A stretch of DNA of 64,000 bases from Anaerolineae bacterium (GTDB taxonomy: Bacteria; Chloroflexota; Anaerolineae; Anaerolineales; E44-bin32): positions 2,728 to 66,727 of the forward strand of contig JAUWHR010000014.1 in NCBI GenBank assembly GCA_030605795.1, read 5' to 3'. A program made the translations under genes and the position numbers. The stretch's first letter is position 1, and every line of letters starts with the position of its first letter. Shown piece by piece: positions 29,355-40,239 of this stretch. The notes beneath the pieces are model-generated. The model did no database searches. It saw only the letters and a program-made list of their open reading frames with translations, and was not told where the DNA came from.

Positions 29355-30032
29355 ATGATAAAAGAATACATTCTTGCTCCATCGATTCTGATGGCAGACC
29401 TCACATGCTTAAGCGAGATGATCCAAGAAGTAGAAGCTGCGGGAGCCGATTGGATTCACATCGATGTTATGGATGGGCATTTCGTCCCTAATATCACCAT
29501 GGGGCCTGTGTTGGTAAAAGTTTTTCGGCAGGTCACCAAGCTCCCGTTAGACGTCCAGCTGATGATTGAGAAGCCGGAAAGGTACCTCCAGGCATTTGCC
29601 GATGCTGGTGCTGACTCACTTACCGTCCACGTCGAGGCCTCCACTCATCTACACTCCACTCTTCATATGATCGGTGAACTCGGTTTGCGTGCAGGGGTTG
29701 CTCTGAATCCTGGAACACCGGTTGAAGCCATTACGGAGGTTTTATCGCTGGTGGATTTGGTTCTTGTGATGACGGTCAATCCTGGCTTCGCCGGGCAAAC
29801 CTTTATTCACTCCACCCTGGGCAAAATACGCCGGGTACGCGCACTATTAGATGAGTTGGATCTGGGAGCCAGGATTCAGGTCGACGGAGGGATAACGGCG
29901 AAGACGGCACCACTGGCAGCAGCCGAAGGCGCAGATGTGTTCGTTGCCTCAAAGGCCATATTCAACCATCCGGAAGGGATAAGTGGCGGGATAGCTGCTC
30001 TCAGGATTTCACTCTCAACCACGCCTGAATAA
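29355..30032 (+). CDS. rpe: Ribulose-phosphate 3-epimerase (two atypical residues)
   Basis: APSI, HIDVMDGHFVPN, MTVNPGFAGQ, QVDGG; DVQLM replaces DVHLM. Confidence 0.88.
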   Translation: MIKEYILAPSILMADLTCLSEMIQEVEAAGADWIHIDVMDGHFVPNITMGPVLVKVFRQVTKLPLDVQLMIEKPERYLQAFADAGADSLTVHVEASTHLHSTLHMIGELGLRAGVALNPGTPVEAITEVLSLVDLVLVMTVNPGFAGQTFIHSTLGKIRRVRALLDELDLGARIQVDGGITAKTAPLAAAEGADVFVASKAIFNHPEGISGGIAALRISLSTTPE

Positions 30033-30039
30033 TTCGCCG

Positions 30040-30064
30040 AATGGCCGCCGAGGCGGCGGCCATT
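30040..30064. terminator. Hairpin between convergent rpe and rpmB
   Basis: aatggccgccg-agg-cggcggccatt perfect 11-bp stem. Confidence 0.6.
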
Positions 30065-30099
30065 TATGGTGTTAATACAAATAGGAGATAAAACCAGTG

Positions 30100-30279
30100 C
30101 TATACGCGTGTCAGCCGTTTAATACATTTAGTGCAGAGTGTCTTCTGGACCAAACGGCCATGTTCCATAACCCGTACTTTCTGAAGGTTGGGTCGAAATT
30201 TGCGCTTGGTCGCATTCATCGAGAAACTTCGTCTATGTCCGAACGAAGTCGTCTTACCACAATTCTCACACCTAGCCAT
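30100..30279 (-). CDS. rpmB: 50S ribosomal protein L28 (zinc-binding form)
   Basis: Manual translation MARCENCGKTTSFGHRRSFSMNATKRKFRPNLQKV...LCTKCIKRLTRV (59 aa, below ORF cutoff); divergent from Asp23-DAK2. Confidence 0.93.
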   Translation of the reverse strand: MARCENCGKTTSFGHRRSFSMNATKRKFRPNLQKVRVMEHGRLVQKTLCTKCIKRLTRV

Positions 30280-30392
30280 CGGGCGATAATCCTTTCCAGG
30301 AAGTAATTAATTTCATTATTCAGATGGAATCTTACCACATGTCAGAAAGCTCATCAAACCTACTCGGAAAACGTTTTTAAAGGCAAATATAA

Positions 30393-30749
30393 ATGACTGA
30401 CGAGATTACATCAATTGGTCGCATCACAATCTCACCTCGGGCGATTTCCACCATCGCATGTCAGGCAGCGATGCAATCCTACGGGGTTGTTGGTATGACC
30501 AGTAAGAATTTGGCCGATGGCATTGTCCATGTATTTGCCCGTGATCCTCGGCATGGTGTGCAGATCAATTCCCTTGGTGATCAAATCGCAATCGACCTGT
30601 TTGTCATCATCGAATATGGCACCCGCATCTCATCTGTGGCTGCCAGTGTTGCCAATTCGGTGCGCTACCAGGTCGAGCGAGCGATTGGTCTACCTGTGGC
30701 TGCGGTGAATGTACATGTACAAGACTTGCGGGTTAGCGATATCGATTGA
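30393..30749 (+). CDS. Asp23/Gls24 family protein (YloU-like)
   Basis: GRITIS..AI..IA...SYGVVGM, VNVHVQ; conserved rpmB-Asp23-DAK2 context. Confidence 0.9.
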   Translation: MTDEITSIGRITISPRAISTIACQAAMQSYGVVGMTSKNLADGIVHVFARDPRHGVQINSLGDQIAIDLFVIIEYGTRISSVAASVANSVRYQVERAIGLPVAAVNVHVQDLRVSDID

Positions 30750-30769
30750 AAGATAATAGGCTATCAGGT

Positions 30770-32464
30770 ATGGACGAGGCACGAATCCAATCCGAAGGCG
30801 AGATGCGCCAACGATTAATCGAAAGGTACCGCGAGATCGATGGTCGAACGCTGCGTCGAGTCGCCGGCGCTGGTTTGAGTTGGTTAAGAACCAATCAGCA
30901 GTTGGTCAATTCGCTCAACGTATTTCCAGTTCCCGACGGTGATACTGGGACCAACATGGTGCTGACAATGCAAGCAGCCATAGACGAGATCGCTCCTTTA
31001 GGGGAACGCTCAATCAGCCAAGTCGCCCAAGCCATCGCCCACGGCACCTTGATGGGTGCTCGAGGGAACTCGGGCGTGATCCTGTCACAAATCTGGCGCG
31101 GCTTTGCTCGCGCGCTAGATGGACATGAGACGATGGACGCTGAAACCCTGGCAATTGCCCTGGATGAAGCTCGGGAAACAGCCTATAAAGGTGTGGTCCG
31201 GCCGGTGGAAGGCACCATCCTGACCGTCTCAAAAGATATCGCTCTAGCCGCGGAAGAGGCGGTCCGCGACGGCGTCCAATCTACCTTTGAAATGCTTGAG
31301 CGCATCGTGGAAGCGGCGGAAAAGTCTGTCCAACGAACTCCTGACCTTCTTCCAGTACTCAAAGAAGCGGGAGTGGTGGATAGTGGCGGCAAAGGCTTAT
31401 TATTATTGTTCGAAGGTATTTTGCGAGCTATCTATCGCCTTCCCTTAGATCAGCCACTGACGGCTGTCCAACCGCTCAGCGCCCTTGTTCTGGACCGCGC
31501 TTCCGAGGCAATCGAACCCGGCCAGGATTGGGAGGTTATCGTCGATTTCCGGCCCCATACACCGCTTGATGTGACCGACTTCTATCAACGCCTAGATGAG
31601 ATGGGAACTTCCATCCAAGTTGGCGAAGGAGACGGGATGTACCGGATGCACATCCACGTTCCCGACGAAGTAAGGTTTGAGCCCATTGAATATATTGATC
31701 AGCTTGGGACAGTTACCAACGTCTCCCTCGAAAACCTGATGGTGCAAATGGCAGATAAGGCCAGTCAAGCAGACATGCAGAGCATACTCCTGGAAACCGT
31801 CGAACCGGGCCAGATCGCCATTATTACGGTTGCGCCTGGTCCCGGTATTGCGCGTGTTTTCGCAAGTCTGGGAGTTGCGGCGATCGTCGAGGGTGGCCAA
31901 ACAATGAACCCGAGCACACAAGAGATTCTCGACGCCTTCGAGAACTTACCCACCAATAAAATCATTATCCTACCCAATAACAAGAACGTCATTTTAGCCG
32001 CGGAGCAGGCCACCGAACTAACCGTTAAACAAGTGGCAGTTGTCCCCTCGATCTCTGTCCCTCAGGGCATCAGTGCGATGTTTGCCCTGAATCACGAAGG
32101 TGACTTCGATGAAACCGTAGCCGCCATGACCAACGCTCTCGACGACGTCCAGTACGCGGAACTAACCACCGCAACCCGCTCGATCGATATTGATGGGGTA
32201 TCGGTAAGCCAAGGGCAGGTGATCTGCATGCTGAATGGGCGCCTTGTCGCTGCCAGTGACAATCTAGAGGAAATTCTACATGAAACGCTCCGGCAAGCGA
32301 ACACAGATCAGACCGAATTATTCACTCTATACTATGGTGCTGGCCTCACCGCGATGCAGGCAAACCAATTAGCTGACAACATACGCCAAAATTGGCCGCA
32401 ACAAGAGGTCGAGGTCGTCGAAGGCGGACAACCTCACTATCAATTAATCCTATCCATCGAGTAA
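30770..32464 (+). CDS. fakA: DAK2-domain fatty acid kinase catalytic subunit
   Basis: LNVFPVPDGDTGTNM, GARGNSGVILSQ, VVDSGG, GGQTMNPS, GGQPHY. Confidence 0.92.
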   Translation: MDEARIQSEGEMRQRLIERYREIDGRTLRRVAGAGLSWLRTNQQLVNSLNVFPVPDGDTGTNMVLTMQAAIDEIAPLGERSISQVAQAIAHGTLMGARGNSGVILSQIWRGFARALDGHETMDAETLAIALDEARETAYKGVVRPVEGTILTVSKDIALAAEEAVRDGVQSTFEMLERIVEAAEKSVQRTPDLLPVLKEAGVVDSGGKGLLLLFEGILRAIYRLPLDQPLTAVQPLSALVLDRASEAIEPGQDWEVIVDFRPHTPLDVTDFYQRLDEMGTSIQVGEGDGMYRMHIHVPDEVRFEPIEYIDQLGTVTNVSLENLMVQMADKASQADMQSILLETVEPGQIAIITVAPGPGIARVFASLGVAAIVEGGQTMNPSTQEILDAFENLPTNKIIILPNNKNVILAAEQATELTVKQVAVVPSISVPQGISAMFALNHEGDFDETVAAMTNALDDVQYAELTTATRSIDIDGVSVSQGQVICMLNGRLVAASDNLEEILHETLRQANTDQTELFTLYYGAGLTAMQANQLADNIRQNWPQQEVEVVEGGQPHYQLILSIE

Positions 32465-32466
32465 TC

Positions 32467-33330
32467 ATGTCCCGGGTGCGAATTGTCACCGACAGCACAA
32501 CCCGCTTCTCAACCCCCAGCTTTATCGAACACTATCTGGTTACCATCGCCCCAACGATAGTTCGCTGTGGGCCTGTAAGGATACAGGACGGTCCACAGGT
32601 GGATTTAGCGATGATGCATCGCCTACTTGAGGATTGCCAGACCAATCTCACGACCGAAGCACCAACTCAGGCGCAATTGGCGCAAATTTATGCTCAGCTC
32701 CAATCGAGCGCTGATCAGATTCTCTCTATCCACACCTCCGCCGGGTTGAGCGACGCGGTCGCCAATGCGCATGCTGCCAGTCAACAATTCCTCGGTCGAT
32801 TAGACATCCAGGTGATCGACTCTCAGTCGGCGTCGATCGGGCTCGGATTGCTTGTCCAGGCTGCTGCTGAGGCAGCCTCACGCGGCGAAGAGTTCGATAC
32901 CCTGGTCCACATTGTTCGCGGGATGATCCCCCGCCTTTATATGATTTTTTTCCTCAGCGACCTGTATTACCTGGTCCGATACGGTCTAATCAGCCGCTCG
33001 CAAGCCATATTAGGCAACATGCTGGGGATCGTTTCCTTTCTGACTATGGAAGAAGGGCGGATGATCCCGATGGAAAAGGTTCGTTCAAGATCGCGAGCAA
33101 TTGATAAACTGATTGAATTTGTATGCGAATTTTCCGATGTTGAGCACCTGGCGATCCTACAGGCTAATTCCCGCCCGAGCCAGGAGAGCATGTCGATAAA
33201 AGATCGATTGCGGGTGTACCACCCGAGCACCCCCATTACGACCGTCAGCTATGGCCCCACCATCTCAACCATAGTTGGACTTGACAGCTTGGGGGTCGTT
33301 GTCTTGGAAGCAGAAAGGAGTACCCCTTGA
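32467..33330 (+). CDS. DegV family fatty acid-binding protein (divergent)
   Basis: RIVTDST, IDSQSASIG, DLYYL..G.I. Confidence 0.85.
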   Translation: MSRVRIVTDSTTRFSTPSFIEHYLVTIAPTIVRCGPVRIQDGPQVDLAMMHRLLEDCQTNLTTEAPTQAQLAQIYAQLQSSADQILSIHTSAGLSDAVANAHAASQQFLGRLDIQVIDSQSASIGLGLLVQAAAEAASRGEEFDTLVHIVRGMIPRLYMIFFLSDLYYLVRYGLISRSQAILGNMLGIVSFLTMEEGRMIPMEKVRSRSRAIDKLIEFVCEFSDVEHLAILQANSRPSQESMSIKDRLRVYHPSTPITTVSYGPTISTIVGLDSLGVVVLEAERSTP

Positions 33331-34172
33331 TGGTACTTAAACGTTCCGTCGCCGTCGTCACCGACAGCATCGCCGACATTCCGCCCGAGGAGGCGGAAGC
33401 CTTACACATCACTGTTGTGCCAGCACTGGTCACGGTCGAGGGGGTATCATACCTGGATGGGGAAGAGCTCTCGCGGGATGAATTTTATCACCGGATGCCG
33501 TCCCTATCGGAACCAGCAACCACCGCTGCTCCATCCCCGTTAGCCTTCGAAAATGTATATCGGCGGTTATTAAGCTCAGGTGTCGAACGGATTCTTTCCA
33601 TCCATGTTGCCGCTAACTTAAGCGGAATGCTCAACACCGTCCACCAGGCAGCCCAGGCTTTCGGCGATCGTATTTATTTATTCGATAGTAAACAGCTTTC
33701 ATTGGGCCAAGGCTTCCAGGTGATGGAAGCCGCAGCTGCCGCGCTTAAGGGCATGCCCTTCGAATCCGTGCTCGAAACCACCCACTTCGCTCGTAGGAAA
33801 GTACATTTTGTCGCTATGATCAACACCCTTGAATACCTGAAACGCAGCGGACGTATAGGTTGGCTGAGTGCAGGTATGGGTAATTTACTGCACCTTAAGC
33901 TCCTGGTCAGGGTCGTCGATGGGGTTATTGAACGGCTGGGGATTACCCGAACCCGGAGCAAAGCCATCAGCCAACTTCTATCTCTAACCAATTCCTGGGG
34001 ACCGCTAAAGCGACTGGCTGTCCTTCACTCAGCCGCCCCTGAAGAAGCAGCGAATGTGGCTGATAAAATCCGCCACCAGTCCTCATCTCCGCCGTTGGTT
34101 GTGGGTATCACTACGGCGCTCGGTGTCCATGTCGGACCCAACGCCATCGGCCTGGTGGGGTTGAGCAAGTAG
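33330..34172 (+). CDS. DegV family fatty acid-binding protein
   Basis: VVTDSIAD, TAAPSP, TLEYLKRSGRI, HVGP. Confidence 0.9.
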   Translation: MVLKRSVAVVTDSIADIPPEEAEALHITVVPALVTVEGVSYLDGEELSRDEFYHRMPSLSEPATTAAPSPLAFENVYRRLLSSGVERILSIHVAANLSGMLNTVHQAAQAFGDRIYLFDSKQLSLGQGFQVMEAAAAALKGMPFESVLETTHFARRKVHFVAMINTLEYLKRSGRIGWLSAGMGNLLHLKLLVRVVDGVIERLGITRTRSKAISQLLSLTNSWGPLKRLAVLHSAAPEEAANVADKIRHQSSSPPLVVGITTALGVHVGPNAIGLVGLSK

Positions 34173-34212
34173 CCTCTGGCACATTTCCGCCTTCCCTTTT
34201 ATAGTTAACCTT

Positions 34213-36768
34213 ATGAACCCAGCCCTGAAAAAGTTGACCAAGTACCTGCGCCTGGAGGCCGATCGCGGTTATGACAATCGTGCCGTGGTGGGTGGACTCC
34301 AACGTATGCTCGATCCATGGGAAGCGGAAGCACGCAAAACCGACCTACCAGAGAAGATCATTGAAGTTGTAATTACCCACCTACAAGATTACTCTCATCT
34401 CACTCCAAACTCACGCCAAGAGACGCTGAAGGACTTGTGGAGCAGTTTGGGAGCCGAACTCCCAAACCTTTCAATACATGATGCCCCTGCGCTAGTGAAG
34501 CCAAACGCACTAACCAAGGAAATTGCTGAATCAAAAGATCGAGCATCCTCTACTTTGGTCGCTGCCGAGGCTCAACCAATTAGTGAAACAACTGGAATAG
34601 AAGCTCAGAAACCACCCAGCCAACTACCCTCAACCCACCTTCCCCAGCCCGAGACGATCCGAGCACCAAAGAGTGATCAACTGGCTGAGCCTAAAGAACC
34701 ACCAGCCGCCTTGGAAGCGCCACTGACCACCATTGCCGGGATCGGCCCAAAATCAGCTAAGACTCTGCGCAAGCTTAACCTTGAAACGCTGGGCGATCTC
34801 TTGTGGCACCTTCCTCGCCGGTATGACGACTACTCCCAGCTAAAAACCATCAACCGGCTTTGGTACGGCGAGGAAGTCACTGTGATCGGCACAGTAGAGG
34901 ATGTTCAGGTCCGTACTGTTCGCAGCGGCCGGATGAAACTGGTCGAGGCGGTCATCAGCGATGGTACCGGGGCTCTTCGTGTTACCTGGTTCAACCAACC
35001 CTGGATCAATGATCGACTCCGCCCTGGTCGGCCCATAGTTCTCTCCGGCAAGGTGGACCAATACCTGGGTCGGCTAACAATGAACAACCCCGAATGGGAG
35101 GCGCTCGAACGTAAGCAATTGCACACTAACCGCATCGTCCCCGTTTACCCACTCACCTCTGGTGTGACCTCGAAATGGCTACGACGTGTGATCCATTCCG
35201 TAGTCACCCGACTGGCACCCCGGGTTCCTGATCCGCTGCCGAAATCTGTACAGGACTCAGCGGATCTGTTACCGCTGAACATCGCCTTACAGCAGATCCA
35301 TTTTCCAGACAACTGGGAACGCCTCCGCTTGGCGCAGCATCGCTTAGCCTTTGACGAGATGTTCCTGCTTCAACTCGGCGTCTTGCGCCAGAAGAGCGAG
35401 TGGGGGCAACTGAGTTGTCCGTCATTGACAATCGATGATACATGGATCACCCACTTCACCGAATCTCTTCCCTACGAACTCACTAATTCTCAGCAGGCTG
35501 CTTTCAGAGATGTTCGTGAGGATCTAGCTGCTCCACATCCAATGAACCGCCTATTGCAGGGAGACGTGGGTTCTGGTAAAACGGTTATCGCGGCTGCGGC
35601 CATTGGTCTAGCAGCCGCCAACAACGCGCAATCAGCCGTCATGGCTCCAACCAGCATTCTGGCGGAGCAGCACTACCAAACAATGTTGGATCTCTTGCCT
35701 CCCGCGACCGGTATCCCTGCAGAAGCGATCCAACTGCTGATAGGAGCAACGCCTGAAGCGGAGAAACAAGTGATCCGTGAGGGATTGGCAAACGGGCGGA
35801 TCCAAGTCGTCTTGGGAACACATGCCCTGCTGGAGGATCCGATAACCTTCGTTAACTTGGGCTTTGTGGTTATCGACGAACAGCACCGTTTTGGTGTCGA
35901 ACAGCGAGCTACATTACGCAACAAAGGCAAGAACCCTAACCTACTAGTCATGACCGCCACCCCCATTCCCCGCTCTTTGGCACTTACGATCTACGGCGAT
36001 CTAGATCTCACCGTGATAGATGAGATGCCTCCTGGTCGTATACCGATCGAAACGCGTGTGTTACGACCCATCGAGAGATCACGAGCCCACAGCTTCATCA
36101 CCGGCCAATTGGAGGCTGGTCACCAGGCTTTCATCATCTATCCCCTTGTGGAGGGCTCCGAGAAGATCCAGGCCAAGGCTGCAGTTGACGAACACCAACA
36201 CCTACAGGAGAAAGTGTTCGTAGGCTATAAAGTGGGACTGTTGCACGGTCGTATGCGTCCAGATGAAAAAGAGACCACCATGGCAAGTTTCAGAGCCGGT
36301 GAGTATGAGGTAATTGTCTCCACCTCAGTACTTGAGGTTGGGGTTGATATCCCCAATGCTACTGTGATGCTGATTGAAGGCGCTAACCGCTTTGGCCTAA
36401 CCCAGCTCCATCAGTTTCGAGGTCGTGTAGGACGCGGGGAGCACAAATCGTATTGCTTACTAATTCCTGATAGTGAGGATGAAGCTGACAACCAGCGTCT
36501 ATCCGCTATGGAATCGACTAATGACGGTTTTGAATTAGCCGAACTTGATCTAAGTCAACGTGGGCCAGGTGATTTCCTAGGAACGCGCCAGTCGGGCTTT
36601 GCTGAGTTACGAACTGCTCGACTAACAGACATCCATCTGATCGAGAAAGCCCGTCGAGAAGCAGTCCGCTTTTTTAACGCGGATCCTACATTGACCCAGT
36701 CGGAACACGCTCTGTTATCAAAGGAGATGAGCCGATTCTGGACAATCGGAAAAGGAGAGATCAGCTGA
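34213..36768 (+). CDS. recG: ATP-dependent DNA helicase RecG
   Basis: LLQGDVGSGKT, DEQHRFGV, MTATPIPRSL, QFRGRVGR, RGPG. Confidence 0.96.
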   Translation: MNPALKKLTKYLRLEADRGYDNRAVVGGLQRMLDPWEAEARKTDLPEKIIEVVITHLQDYSHLTPNSRQETLKDLWSSLGAELPNLSIHDAPALVKPNALTKEIAESKDRASSTLVAAEAQPISETTGIEAQKPPSQLPSTHLPQPETIRAPKSDQLAEPKEPPAALEAPLTTIAGIGPKSAKTLRKLNLETLGDLLWHLPRRYDDYSQLKTINRLWYGEEVTVIGTVEDVQVRTVRSGRMKLVEAVISDGTGALRVTWFNQPWINDRLRPGRPIVLSGKVDQYLGRLTMNNPEWEALERKQLHTNRIVPVYPLTSGVTSKWLRRVIHSVVTRLAPRVPDPLPKSVQDSADLLPLNIALQQIHFPDNWERLRLAQHRLAFDEMFLLQLGVLRQKSEWGQLSCPSLTIDDTWITHFTESLPYELTNSQQAAFRDVREDLAAPHPMNRLLQGDVGSGKTVIAAAAIGLAAANNAQSAVMAPTSILAEQHYQTMLDLLPPATGIPAEAIQLLIGATPEAEKQVIREGLANGRIQVVLGTHALLEDPITFVNLGFVVIDEQHRFGVEQRATLRNKGKNPNLLVMTATPIPRSLALTIYGDLDLTVIDEMPPGRIPIETRVLRPIERSRAHSFITGQLEAGHQAFIIYPLVEGSEKIQAKAAVDEHQHLQEKVFVGYKVGLLHGRMRPDEKETTMASFRAGEYEVIVSTSVLEVGVDIPNATVMLIEGANRFGLTQLHQFRGRVGRGEHKSYCLLIPDSEDEADNQRLSAMESTNDGFELAELDLSQRGPGDFLGTRQSGFAELRTARLTDIHLIEKARREAVRFFNADPTLTQSEHALLSKEMSRFWTIGKGEIS

Positions 36769-37295
36769 TGGTACGAGCCGTTTTTCCTGGCACTTTCGAT
36801 CCTATCCACAACGGTCACATCGACATCGCCCGACGGGCGATGCGGCTCTTCGACGAATTGATCATCGCCGTGTATGATAAACCCTCAAAGAGCTTGCTGC
36901 TTTCACCACCGGAGCGACTTAAACTTGTGCACCAGACCTTCGCAGACGATGACCGCGTGCGGGTTACTTTGTTCAGCGGATTGATCGTTAAATTCTGCCG
37001 GGAGGTAGAAGCCCAAGTGATTGTCCGCGGGCTGCGAGTCTTCTCAGACTTCGAGCTTGAATTTCGCATGGCCTTAGCTAACCATCGGCTGGCGCCTGAG
37101 ATTGATGCCATTGCGTTGATCACCAGTGAAGAGAATAGCTTCCTGAGCGGTTCCACCGTAAAGGAGATCGCTTCACTCGGCGGAGACATCAGCAGCTTCG
37201 TGCCTGAATACGTTGCCGTAGCACTTAAAGAACGATTTAAAGAACTCGGCGAGGATGGACCCAATATGGTACCCATGACCTCGTTAAGGGATTGA
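36768..37295 (+). CDS. coaD: Phosphopantetheine adenylyltransferase
   Basis: FPGTFDPIHNGH, VRGLR..DFELE. Confidence 0.96.
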   Translation: MVRAVFPGTFDPIHNGHIDIARRAMRLFDELIIAVYDKPSKSLLLSPPERLKLVHQTFADDDRVRVTLFSGLIVKFCREVEAQVIVRGLRVFSDFELEFRMALANHRLAPEIDAIALITSEENSFLSGSTVKEIASLGGDISSFVPEYVAVALKERFKELGEDGPNMVPMTSLRD

Positions 37296-37395
37296 ACTGG
37301 GTTGACCACAATCGATGTATGGTGTACGCTTCGGCCTAAACCTTGCACCCTAGAAATGCGGTCCAATTAGTCGGAGCGGTGGACCGGAGGGAAAT

Positions 37396-37893
37396 ATGGA
37401 TATCATGCACCTGGTGGATCGGCTAGAGGAGCTTTTCAACGAGAGCCGATTGATTCCTCTCACCCATAATGTGATCGTGGATGAGGATCGCATGCTGGAG
37501 ATCATCGACCAGATGCGTATATCGATCCCGGAGGAGGTCAAAAAAGCCCAGCAGGTGTTGGCCCAACGCGACCGGGTTCTCGCCCAATCTCAGGAAGAAG
37601 GCAACCGGACAATCGCCCTCTCCAAGAAAAAGGCTGAGGAGTTGGTGGCACGTGATGCTATCGTTGAGGCGGCGCAGGTTAGGGCCGAGCAAATCCTGGT
37701 TCAGGCTCGTGCGGACACAGAGGTTATTCGTCGTGACGCCGACGACTACATCATTGAGACGCTGGGGTCTTTGGAAGCAGAACTAACCCGCTTAATCGAC
37801 CAAGCGCGGAACGGAATCGCCAAACTGACCGCCGAAAAGGAGCTATTACTTCAAGTTCAAGGGGATGTATCTGAAAACCCTGAAGAGGAATGA
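37396..37893 (+). CDS. Coiled-coil DivIVA/SepIVA-like conserved protein
   Basis: LVDRLEEL...IPEEVKKAQ..L.QRD; typical position after coaD. Confidence 0.75.
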   Translation: MDIMHLVDRLEELFNESRLIPLTHNVIVDEDRMLEIIDQMRISIPEEVKKAQQVLAQRDRVLAQSQEEGNRTIALSKKKAEELVARDAIVEAAQVRAEQILVQARADTEVIRRDADDYIIETLGSLEAELTRLIDQARNGIAKLTAEKELLLQVQGDVSENPEEE

Positions 37894-37945
37894 CAACTGT
37901 CACCATTCAGGTTGTTCCCTGAATTTGGGTAGTAATCGACCCTTG

Positions 37946-39595
37946 CTATTCCGCTGCCTCGGTCACTTCATTTGGTACTGCTTGAGTCAGGACCTTTGCC
38001 TTCACCGCAACTCTCTCTAGGAAGGCTCGGAACAACGGGTGAGGTTTATTCGGCCGTGAGAGGAACTCCGGGTGGAACTGACATCCCAGCATAAAGGGGT
38101 GGTCTGAGATTTCTACAATCTCGACCAGTCTTCCATCAGGTGAAAGACCTGAGAACACCATCCCGTGTTCACCCATGATTTCTAGGTAGGAGTTCTTGAA
38201 TTCAAAGCGGTGACGATGGCGTTCCTCAACCAACGACTTATGGTAAGCTTTTTTAGCTAGTGTCCCAGGCACCAACTGGCATGGGTAGAGCCCCAGCCGC
38301 ATCGTCCCTCCCTTTTCTGAGACGCTCACCTGCTCTGGAAGCAAGTCAATCACTGGATGAGGTGTATTACGGTCAAATTCAGTTGAATTGACACTTTCTG
38401 AGCCGAGTACATGACGGCCGAATTCGATCACCATGACATGCATCCCCAAACAGAGCCCTAAGTAAGGTACTTTCTCCTGCCGGGCAAATCGGGCGGCGGC
38501 GATTTTACCCTCAATACCCCGAGAGCCGAAGCCACCCGGTACGATCACTCCGTGGGCTGACTCAAGTTTCTTCCAACCCTTACCCTTTTCCAACTCAGCT
38601 GAGTGCAACCAAAGAATTTCAACCTCGACACCCACAGCGAGCGCTGCGTGCCGGAGGGCTTCCCGCACGCTCATGTAGGCATCCTGAAGCTCAACATACT
38701 TCCCAACCAACGCAATGCGAACATTGGGACGCGCGCTGCGTTCGATGGCAATAAGACGCTCCAGATCCAGCCAATCTGGTCTTTGCCGCTGCTTGAGCCC
38801 CAACCGATCGAGGATAATTCCACCCAGCCCTTCCTGTTCTAATATGAGTGGAATCTCATAAAGAATCGAACATGTCGTGAGAGGGATCACAGCCCGAGCA
38901 TCCACATCACAGAATAAGGCAATCTTATCGCACAAGTTTTTATCGATAACATAGTCGGACCGAGCGATGATGACATCTGGTTGGATACCAATCGAACGTA
39001 GTTCGCGTACCGAATGTTGAGTTGGCTTGGTTTTCAACTCTCCAGTTGCACCAATGCGTGGCAACCACGTCACATGTACGTACATCGTATTCTCACGACC
39101 GACATCAGAGCGCATCTGACGCAGCGCCTCCAGGAAAGGGAGCGACTCTATATCACCCACCGTACCGCCGACCTCGACGATGATAATTTCCGCCTTGGTT
39201 GTGTGAGGGACGAGTCCAATACAACGCTTGATCTCATTGGTTATATGCGGGACGACCTGAATAGTACCGCCCAGAAAATCACCCCGTCTTTCCTGTGAGA
39301 TCACCTCAGAGTAGATCTGGCCCGTGGTTACATTACATACTGCATTCAGGCTTGTATCGATAAACCGCTCGTAATGGCCAAGATCGAGGTCGGTCTCTGA
39401 GCCATCGTCGAGGACAAACACCTCACCATGTTGATAAGGGCTCATTGTCCCCGGATCGACGTTGATATAGGGATCCAGCTTCTGGATCGAAACGCTGAAG
39501 CCTCGCTCCTTGAGCAGTTTCCCAATTGCTGCTGCTGACACCCCCTTGCCTACCGAGCTAACGACCCCGCCAGTGATAAAGATATATTTGATCAT
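37946..39595 (-). CDS. pyrG: CTP synthase
   Basis: [39 protein letters not shown]. Confidence 0.97.
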   Translation of the reverse strand: MIKYIFITGGVVSSVGKGVSAAAIGKLLKERGFSVSIQKLDPYINVDPGTMSPYQHGEVFVLDDGSETDLDLGHYERFIDTSLNAVCNVTTGQIYSEVISQERRGDFLGGTIQVVPHITNEIKRCIGLVPHTTKAEIIIVEVGGTVGDIESLPFLEALRQMRSDVGRENTMYVHVTWLPRIGATGELKTKPTQHSVRELRSIGIQPDVIIARSDYVIDKNLCDKIALFCDVDARAVIPLTTCSILYEIPLILEQEGLGGIILDRLGLKQRQRPDWLDLERLIAIERSARPNVRIALVGKYVELQDAYMSVREALRHAALAVGVEVEILWLHSAELEKGKGWKKLESAHGVIVPGGFGSRGIEGKIAAARFARQEKVPYLGLCLGMHVMVIEFGRHVLGSESVNSTEFDRNTPHPVIDLLPEQVSVSEKGGTMRLGLYPCQLVPGTLAKKAYHKSLVEERHRHRFEFKNSYLEIMGEHGMVFSGLSPDGRLVEIVEISDHPFMLGCQFHPEFLSRPNKPHPLFRAFLERVAVKAKVLTQAVPNEVTEAAE

Positions 39596-39626
39596 CACCA
39601 CCTCCATAACCAGACTCACCGTGGCA

Positions 39627-39672
39627 ACAAAAGGGCGATGGGGAGGGCCGATTTACGGCGACCTCCCCACCA
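39627..39672 (-). terminator. Intrinsic terminator/attenuator-like hairpin upstream of pyrG
   Basis: ggtggggagg...ccctccccatc stem followed by cttttgttg on the minus strand. Confidence 0.5.
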
Positions 39673-39713
39673 AATGCTGGAATAATCCAGATCATCTATA
39701 GGTGTTGTCCGCA

Positions 39714-40088
39714 TTAACCCACCAATTGCTCTAAGTCCTCCGCCGCACGACGTATCTCCAAGAAGACCAAGCCAAGCTTGGCCTGTCGGCGTGTCAAGAC
39801 AGTAAGAACGGCGTCTGAACCCACGGAGGTGAGAAGAACGTACCCTTGTTCACCGTGAATGTAGATCTCACTCAGCCCACCCCGCGCAAGCTCTCCTGCT
39901 ATCCGCTCGCCCAGACTGAGCATGGCTGCCGCCATGGCTGCAACCCGATCTTCCTCAAGCTCCACTGGCAACGCGGAAGCTATAGTCAATCCATCCATGC
40001 TGACCACCGCAGAAGCTTCAATGTCTGGGGTCCTTGACTGCAGATCACGTAGGCGATCAACCATTAAATCGGTTCGCGATTTCTCCAT
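39714..40088 (-). CDS. Roadblock/LC7 (MglB-like) protein
   Basis: SAVVSMDGL.IAS, DRVAAMAA, KLGLV pattern; ATG 40088. Confidence 0.88.
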   Translation of the reverse strand: MEKSRTDLMVDRLRDLQSRTPDIEASAVVSMDGLTIASALPVELEEDRVAAMAAAMLSLGERIAGELARGGLSEIYIHGEQGYVLLTSVGSDAVLTVLTRRQAKLGLVFLEIRRAAEDLEQLVG

Positions 40089-40239
40089 CGTGGTTTTTTT
40101 TCCATGCCGGATGCTTAATATTTGGAGTTTACCATAGGCGTGAGGGGCGAGCAAGCACCATGGTTGGAAGTAAAAGGAATGTAACCTCATTGAGAGAGAT
40201 GGGATATTTATCTACTGGATCAAACCTGACCGGCAAGAT

